The position numbers were made by a program, and so were the translations under genes. Below the pieces are notes generated by a model that was not told the origin of the DNA, did not search any database, and saw nothing but the letters and a program-made list of their open reading frames with translations. A stretch of 64,000 bases of DNA, from positions 3,456,001 to 3,520,000 of the forward strand of contig CBDCGL010000011.1 of the NCBI GenBank assembly GCA_965216755.1, given 5' to 3'. Positions 57,979-64,000 of this stretch are shown one piece after another. The DNA comes from Alphaproteobacteria bacterium (GTDB taxonomy: Bacteria; Pseudomonadota; Alphaproteobacteria; UBA7887). The stretch's first letter is position 1. Each line of letters begins with the position of its first letter.

Positions 57979-58890
57979 TCAATCGTCGGGCAGGATATCG
58001 GCGCCGGTGCCCAGACGCGCCGGGGCGTTGCGTCGTTCTTCTTCCAACAGCACGCCGGCATGATCGACCCCGGCGTGGCCATGTTCGACCAAGCTGGCAT
58101 AGAGCGCACGGACCTGCTCCATCACCGGCAGGGCTAGCCCCAGTGCCGCGGCCGTGTCGTGGACCGTGTTGAGATCCTTGAGTTGCACTTGCGCGCGGGC
58201 GCCGGGAACAAAGCGCCTTTCGATCATCTTGGTGCCGTGGCTCTGGAGAATGATGCTGTCGGCAAAGCCGCCGCTGATCGCCTGTTGCACGGCTTTCGGG
58301 TCGGCCCCGCCGGCCGCCGCCAACAACAGCCCTTCTGCGACCGCGCTGATGGTGATCCCGACGATGGTCTGATTGGTCAATTTGGCCAGTTGGCCGGTGC
58401 CGGCGGGGCCGACATGGGTCGCGCGACCCATCGATTGCAGCACGGGCAAAGCGTCGTCAAATACGCTCTTTTCGCCGCCCACCATGATCGCCAACGTCGC
58501 GTTCTCAGCGCCTGGCACGCCGCCAGAGACAGGCGCATCCAAGTGTTGCGCGCCGCGTTCAGCTAGGCGCGCGCTGTGGTCGCGGGCCAGCGCCGGCGCG
58601 ATCGAGCTCATATCGATCACGGTTGCCGCTGGTTGCAGTGCGGCAGCGGCGGCGTGTTCGAACAGGACCGCCTCGACGATCGGACCACTCTCAAGCATGG
58701 TGATTACGACCGCGGCGTCGGCCACCGCCGCGGCCGGCGTATCGGCGACGCGCGCGCCGTCGGCCTGTAACGGCTCGGCCTCGGCACGGGTGCGATTCCA
58801 CACCGTCAGCGGAAATCCGGCGCGCAGGATGTTGCGGCTCATCGGCAAACCCATCAATCCGGTGCCGAGCAATGCGACATGCGGTGCCAT
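57979..58890 (-). CDS. Beta-hydroxyacid dehydrogenase (2-hydroxy-3-oxopropionate reductase / 3-hydroxyisobutyrate dehydrogenase family)
   Basis: LGTGLMG.PM, WNRT, DAPVSGG, GQLAKL.NQ, GGFADS, KDL. Start moved to ATG 58890. Confidence 0.9.
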   Translation of the reverse strand: MAPHVALLGTGLMGLPMSRNILRAGFPLTVWNRTRAEAEPLQADGARVADTPAAAVADAAVVITMLESGPIVEAVLFEHAAAAALQPAATVIDMSSIAPALARDHSARLAERGAQHLDAPVSGGVPGAENATLAIMVGGEKSVFDDALPVLQSMGRATHVGPAGTGQLAKLTNQTIVGITISAVAEGLLLAAAGGADPKAVQQAISGGFADSIILQSHGTKMIERRFVPGARAQVQLKDLNTVHDTAAALGLALPVMEQVRALYASLVEHGHAGVDHAGVLLEEERRNAPARLGTGADILPDD

Positions 58891-58989
58891 AGGTGTGTCT
58901 CCAAACGGTGCGGTGGTGTTGGATCGGTGTGCACTATAATCTGTCGCCCGCTTGTGCGTCAGCGCCAATGACAGTCCAAGGAGTCGGCC

Positions 58990-60579
58990 ATGCGCGATTA
59001 TCAATTGCCAGGGCGGTCCCCGGTTCATGCCATGTCGGCCATGGCCGCGACCTCGCATCCGGCGGCAACGTTGGCCGCGCTCGACATGCTACGCGCGGGC
59101 GGCAATGCCGTTGACGCCGCGATCACCGCCGCCGCCTTGTTGGGCGTGGTCGAACCGCAGTCAACCGGTATCGGTGGTGATTGTTTTTGTCTCTATATGC
59201 CGGGCGGCCGTGGTCCGGTGATCGCCATGAATGGCTCAGGACGGGCGCCGGCGGCTGCGACGACCGATTGGTTTGCCGCCAATGGCATTGGTGAAATCGG
59301 CTTTCAAAGCCCCCATGCGGTGACCGTGCCGGGCGCGGTCGCGGCGTGGCAGACCCTGAGCGATGATTATGGCCGCAAGGGCCTGGCGGCCGCCTTGCAG
59401 CCCGCCATCGACGCAGCGGAGAACGGCTATCCGGTCCATGAAGTGATCGCGCATGTCTGGGGCCAGCAAGTCGACAAGCTCTATGGCTGTGACAATGCGC
59501 GGCGGATCCTGCTGCCCGGCGGTCGCCCGCCGCGCACCGGCGAGGTTCATCGCCAGCCTGAACTCGCGCGCACATTGCGGAGCATCGCCAAGGACGGCCG
59601 CGATGGATTTTACACGGGTTGGGTTGCCGACGATATCGTTAGCTACCTCAATAGTCGCGGCGGCGTCCACACGGAAGACGACTTCGCCCAGGCGGCGGTC
59701 GACTATGTCGACCCCATCCACACCGACTATCGCGGCTATCGGATTTGGGAATGTCCACCCAATGGCCAGGGCATTTTGGTCTTGATGATGCTCAACATTC
59801 TGTCCGGATTTGATCTCGCGAGCTTGGATCCGATGGGCCCGGAACGGTTTCATTTGGAGGCCGAGGTCAGCCGTCTTGTATACCGTGATCGCGACGCGCT
59901 ACTTGCCGACCCCGCGCAAGCCGACGTCCCCGTGGCGCACTTGTTGTCGGCTGAGTATGCGGCCGGATTGCGGGGGTTGATCAGCACCGACAAAGCGATG
60001 GCGCCGCTGCCACCGCCGGGCGGCGTGGCTCACAGCGATACGGTTTACCTGACCGTGGTCGACAAGGACCGCAATGTGGTGTCGTTCATCAATTCCCTGT
60101 TCCAGTCTTTCGGCTGCGGGTTGGTCGCGCCGCAAAGCGGCGTCACGTTGCATAATCGGGGTGCGAGTTTTCGATTGGATTCGGCGCATCCAAACTGCAT
60201 CGCGCCGGGCAAACGACCGATGCATACGATCATTCCAGGCATGGTCACGCGCGATGGCTATGCTGTGATGCCTTTCGGGGTGATGGGTGGTCACTACCAG
60301 CCGGTCGGCCAAACCCACCTGTTGACCAACATTTTCGACTATGGCCTGCATGTGCAAGAGGCTTTGGACATGCCGCGGGCCTTCGCGTTCGGCGGCATGA
60401 TGCAGGTGGAACGGGGCGTTCCCGCCGCGACAGTCGGCGGCTTGGCGGCGCGCGGCCACCAAATCGTGCCGGCCGACGCCGCGCTCGGTGGCGGCCAAGC
60501 GATCGCCATCGATTGGGACACGGGCGTGCTCACCGGCGGGTCGGAACCGCGCAAAGATGGTTGCGCGCTAGGGTATTAG
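58990..60579 (+). CDS. ggt: Gamma-glutamyltransferase family Ntn-hydrolase (no signal peptide)
   Basis: GGNAVDAA, GIGGD.F, PPN.QG, D-T(nucleophile)VYL.VVD, KRP.HTIIP, GVMGG..Q, PRKDG. Confidence 0.9.
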   Translation: MRDYQLPGRSPVHAMSAMAATSHPAATLAALDMLRAGGNAVDAAITAAALLGVVEPQSTGIGGDCFCLYMPGGRGPVIAMNGSGRAPAAATTDWFAANGIGEIGFQSPHAVTVPGAVAAWQTLSDDYGRKGLAAALQPAIDAAENGYPVHEVIAHVWGQQVDKLYGCDNARRILLPGGRPPRTGEVHRQPELARTLRSIAKDGRDGFYTGWVADDIVSYLNSRGGVHTEDDFAQAAVDYVDPIHTDYRGYRIWECPPNGQGILVLMMLNILSGFDLASLDPMGPERFHLEAEVSRLVYRDRDALLADPAQADVPVAHLLSAEYAAGLRGLISTDKAMAPLPPPGGVAHSDTVYLTVVDKDRNVVSFINSLFQSFGCGLVAPQSGVTLHNRGASFRLDSAHPNCIAPGKRPMHTIIPGMVTRDGYAVMPFGVMGGHYQPVGQTHLLTNIFDYGLHVQEALDMPRAFAFGGMMQVERGVPAATVGGLAARGHQIVPADAALGGGQAIAIDWDTGVLTGGSEPRKDGCALGY

Positions 60580-60586
60580 CCGCACT

Positions 60587-60676
60587 TTTCGGTGACAGTT
60601 TACTAAATACACCACATTTTGTATTTCGTATGTTAGATGAGCTATATATGGTGTATTTAGTAAACTGTCACCGAAA
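60587..60676. repeat. AT-rich element with perfect 28-bp inverted repeats (REP/MITE-like)
   Basis: TTTCGGTGACAGTTTACTAAATACACCA (60587-60614), a 34-nt spacer, then its exact reverse complement (60649-60676). Confidence 0.9.
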
Positions 60677-60773
60677 CACCGAAAGACCACGCGATTTCAA
60701 CCAGCCCGGGCTTGCCGCGTCGCGTGTTTGCCCTGATGATCTTGGATCCGCGCGAACGCACCGAGAGACCGGC

Positions 60774-61607
60774 ATGTCCAGTAATCGAGCAGCACTACTC
60801 CAAGATTTGCGCGATCAGGCGCGACGCATCCGGCGCAACAGTTGGCGGGCGCTGCACGCAGCTGGCGCCGGTCATATGGGCGGCGCCTTGTCGGCGGCGG
60901 AGCTGTTGGCCGCACTCTATTTTCACTATCTCCAGCTGCGGCCGGCGCAACCTGATTGGCCCGACCGTGATCGCTTCGTGCTGTCAAAGGGCCATGGCAA
61001 CGCGGCGCTGGCGGCGGTGTTGGCCCAAGCCGGTTTTTTCGAAGAAGGCCAACTCGACACGTTTTACGGCTACGAATCGAAGATTGGCATGCATCCCGAT
61101 ATCAAACTCCCTGGCGTCGAGATGAGCACCGGCGGCCTCGGTCATGGTTTGTCGATCGGCCTCGGCATGGCGCTTGGCGCGCGCTTGCAAGGCAAGGCGT
61201 TTCGCACCGTGGTGATGCTCGGTGATGGCGAGTTGCAAGAAGGGTCGAGCTGGGAAGCCGCCATGGCCGCCGCCCATCACCGGGTCGCCAACCTGACCGC
61301 AATGGTCGATTACAACAAAGTGCAACAAAGTGGCGCGGTGGGCGACATGGTCAGTGTGGAGCCGCTCGCCGACAAATGGCGTGCATTTGGCTGGACCGTG
61401 CGCGAATGCGATGGCCATGACATGGCGGCCGTGGTCGATGCCCTGGATGGCCTGCCTTATGCGCCAGACGCGCCGTCGATGCTGATCGCCCATACCATCA
61501 AGGGCAAAGGTGCCAGCTTCGCCGAGAACTCTTATCTGTGGCACAACAACGCGGTCAACGACGAGACCTACGCGAAGGCTTTGGCCGAGCTCGGAGAACC
61601 GAAATGA
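60774..61607 (+). CDS. Transketolase N-terminal (ThDP-binding) subunit
   Basis: GH.GG.LS, DRFVLSKGH, STG.LGHGL, GDGE.QEG..WEA...N. Start moved to ATG 60774. Confidence 0.92.
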   Translation: MSSNRAALLQDLRDQARRIRRNSWRALHAAGAGHMGGALSAAELLAALYFHYLQLRPAQPDWPDRDRFVLSKGHGNAALAAVLAQAGFFEEGQLDTFYGYESKIGMHPDIKLPGVEMSTGGLGHGLSIGLGMALGARLQGKAFRTVVMLGDGELQEGSSWEAAMAAAHHRVANLTAMVDYNKVQQSGAVGDMVSVEPLADKWRAFGWTVRECDGHDMAAVVDALDGLPYAPDAPSMLIAHTIKGKGASFAENSYLWHNNAVNDETYAKALAELGEPK

Positions 61608-62563
61608 CGGCGACGCCCGACTGGGCGGTCAAGGCCGCCAATCAATCGCGCTTGGCGTTTGGTTTGGCGGCCACCGAGATGGCCGGCCGTGATGACCGCG
61701 TTGTCACGGTCTCCGCCGATACACTCGATCTCATTGGCTTGCGGGATTTCGAAAGCCAATTTCCCGAACGGCTGATCGAGGTCGGCATCGCCGAGCAAAA
61801 CGCCATGGGGGTCGCCAGCGGATTGGCGACCACGGGAATGCGACCGTTTGTTTGTGGCTATGCACCGTTTATTACCGCGCGCTCGATGGAGCAATTGCGC
61901 AACGACGTCGCCTATGCCGACCAGCGTGTGGTGATCGGCGCGGCGGCCAGCGGCATTTCGCTGGGGGTCGCGGGCGGCACGCACCACGCGGTCGAAGATT
62001 TGGCCTTGATGCGCAGCTTGCCCAACATGACGGTGCTGGTGCCGGCCGATGCCCACCAGGCATGGCATGCAACACAGGCGACCGATTATATCGACGGGCC
62101 GGTCTATGTCCGCCTTGGCGGACGGGTCGAAGAACCGGCCGTGACAGCTGTCGACGCCATTTTTCGGGTCGGCAAGACCGACTGCTTGCGAGAAGGTGAT
62201 GACGTGACCGTGGTCGCGTGTGGTTGCATGGTTGCCGCGGCGCTTGCGGCCGCCGACGATCTAACGGGTCAGGGCATCGGCGCGCGGGTCTTGAACATGC
62301 ATACCATCAAACCGCTCGACGAAGACGCGATTTTAACCGCGGCAGCCGAGACGCGCGGCATCGTGAGCGCGGAGGAACATCATCTGACCGGCGGTCTAGG
62401 CGGTGCGATCGCCGAATTGCTGGCGCGCGAACGGCCGACCCGCATGCGCATGATCGGCATGCCTGACGAGTTCGCCATTGTCGGGCCGACCGACCAAGTC
62501 CGCGCGCGTTACGGCATGAGCGCCGCCGCGATCGCCGCGGCGTGCCGCGAGCTTCTCGATTGA
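61604..62563 (+). CDS. Transketolase C-terminal subunit
   Basis: VGIAEQN, EQLRND, G.THH..ED, GPVY.R, TIKPLD, EEH...GGLG. ATGA-coupled to the N-terminal subunit. Confidence 0.92.
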   Translation: MTATPDWAVKAANQSRLAFGLAATEMAGRDDRVVTVSADTLDLIGLRDFESQFPERLIEVGIAEQNAMGVASGLATTGMRPFVCGYAPFITARSMEQLRNDVAYADQRVVIGAAASGISLGVAGGTHHAVEDLALMRSLPNMTVLVPADAHQAWHATQATDYIDGPVYVRLGGRVEEPAVTAVDAIFRVGKTDCLREGDDVTVVACGCMVAAALAAADDLTGQGIGARVLNMHTIKPLDEDAILTAAAETRGIVSAEEHHLTGGLGGAIAELLARERPTRMRMIGMPDEFAIVGPTDQVRARYGMSAAAIAAACRELLD

Positions 62564-62673
62564 CCTCGGCCTTGCCGCAAATACGAACGGCAATGCGTCA
62601 CTCCGCCGGCGCGATCTTGTGCTGATATAAACGCGTGTCGGCGTAGAATGGCTCGACAAGGTCAGACAGTGGG

Positions 62674-63657
62674 TTAACCGTCGTGCCAGCAGCCCGCCGT
62701 CTGGGCCCGCTGGCGTACCAGAGCGTAGACCATGTCCAGCGTCGGCGTCGGCACTCCGACCAAGCGGCCGAGTTCCGATACCGCACCTAGCAGTGGATCA
62801 AGTTCCATCGGACGGCCGCGCTCAAAATCCTGCAAGGTCGAGGTCTTGTGTTCGCCGACGTCGCCGCCGCCGTCGATGCGGCGTTCGACATCGATCGGAA
62901 AGTGGGTACCGAGTTTCTCGCCGACTGCTTGCGCCTCAACCATCATCGCGCGGACGACGGCGCGCGTGCCCGGGTCGTTGGCGATGGCCGCCAACGTGCC
63001 GCCGGTCAAAACGCTGACCGGGTTAAACGACAAATTCCCCCACAGTTTGACCCACACATCATCGCGGATTTTGGGCCGCACCGGGGCTTTTATGCCGGCT
63101 TTGACCATGGTCTTGCTCAGGGCGCTGACCCGGTCCGAGCGGCTGCCATCGGGCTCGCCGATTGGCACCCGGTCCAGCGCGATATGTTCCACGACGCCCG
63201 GTTCACGCACCGTTGCGGCGGGATAGACGACGCAGCCGATCACGCGTTCGGGACCGATATGATTCCATTGTAGGCCGCCGGGATCGACCGAATCGATGCG
63301 CTGGTTTTCCCACGGTCCCGGCAACTTGTAAAAATACCACCAGGGCACGCCATTGAGTGCAGGCACGACCGCGGTTGCGGGGCTGAACAAGGGTGGCAGG
63401 CGCGGTGCCACGGCCGCGACCTGATGGGACTTCACTGTGATAAACACATAGTCTTGCGGTCCGGCCGCCACGGGGTCGTCGGTGCACGCCGGATGGACGA
63501 CAAAATCGTCATCGCCACTGATCAAGCGCAAGCCATGTGTTTGCAAGGCATCTAAGGTCTTGCCGCGGGCGATCATGGTGACATCGGCGCCGACCTTGGC
63601 GAGACGGGCACCAAGATACCCGCCGATCGCCCCGGCTCCGAATATGGCGATTTTCAC
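62674..63657 (-). CDS. Ketopantoate reductase family protein (PanE2 / oxalyl-CoA reductase-like)
   Basis: GAGAIGG, NG.PWWYF, SVDPGG, GCVVY, W.KLWGN.SFNP, HKTS.LQD...GRPME. Confidence 0.88.
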   Translation of the reverse strand: MKIAIFGAGAIGGYLGARLAKVGADVTMIARGKTLDALQTHGLRLISGDDDFVVHPACTDDPVAAGPQDYVFITVKSHQVAAVAPRLPPLFSPATAVVPALNGVPWWYFYKLPGPWENQRIDSVDPGGLQWNHIGPERVIGCVVYPAATVREPGVVEHIALDRVPIGEPDGSRSDRVSALSKTMVKAGIKAPVRPKIRDDVWVKLWGNLSFNPVSVLTGGTLAAIANDPGTRAVVRAMMVEAQAVGEKLGTHFPIDVERRIDGGGDVGEHKTSTLQDFERGRPMELDPLLGAVSELGRLVGVPTPTLDMVYALVRQRAQTAGCWHDG

Positions 63658-64000
63658 GGTGCCAACCCCAGTTTTTCGGCCAGGCCAATGCGTTGCAGCT
63701 TGCCCGTCGCGCCTTTCGGAATCTCGTCCAAGAACAGGATTTTGCGGGGTACCTTGAAGTCGGCGAGCCGCGCCCTGGCGAAATCACGCAACGCGACCTC
63801 GTCGATATCGGCGCCTTCGCGCAATACAACCGCCGCGGCGACCTCTTCGCCCAACTTGTCGTGGGGCATGGCGAAGGTCACGACTTGGGCAACAGCGGCA
63901 TGGTTCATCAAGACATCATCGACTTCGCGCGGACTGACCTTTTCGCCGCCGCGATTGATGATTTCTTTCAGCCGGCCGGTGATGGTCAAATAGCCGTCGT
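63654..64000 (-). CDS. Acyl-CoA synthetase (oxalate--CoA ligase-like), 3' end only
   Basis: [47 protein letters not shown]. Stop overlaps the next GTG. Confidence 0.85.
   Translation of the reverse strand, partial: DGYLTITGRLKEIINRGGEKVSPREVDDVLMNHAAVAQVVTFAMPHDKLGEEVAAAVVLREGADIDEVALRDFARARLADFKVPRKILFLDEIPKGATGKLQRIGLAEKLGLAP

Overview
GC-rich chromosomal window from an alphaproteobacterium. Gene order (hprK directly after ptsN with no chvI/chvG, and a short 431-aa AhcY) suggests a Rhodospirillales-like lineage; this is an inference. Bases 1-22.5 kb are conserved core genome: gltD (5' end), uppP, an NDUFA9-like gene, tRNA-Leu(CAG), rnd, kdsD-lptCAB-rpoN-hpf-ptsN-hprK-rapZ-EIIA-HPr, ahcY-tsaE-amgK-murU-addB-addA-trxA. 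Bases 22.6-64 kb are a patchwork of accessory genes: a doubled Zrg-like ABC/DUF3299 metal locus, marR-folC, an exported epoxide hydrolase, SRAP, an ECF/anti-sigma pair, a miniature RTX adhesin, a candidate anti-SD sRNA, a MerB-like orphan, a Gram-negative sortase locus, a SoxYZ-like carrier near iorAB, and a possible oxalate/C2-acid cluster. The best candidate for an undescribed system is at 44.1-49.3 kb. There a class GN sortase sits with two tandem VIT-vWA paralogues, each with its own copy of a conserved upstream element. One paralogue has a C-terminal LPQTA sorting signal; the other lacks it and has an N-terminal lipobox instead. No integrase, transposase, prophage, rRNA or CRISPR array was seen. 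All family calls come from motif recognition by eye, not database searches.
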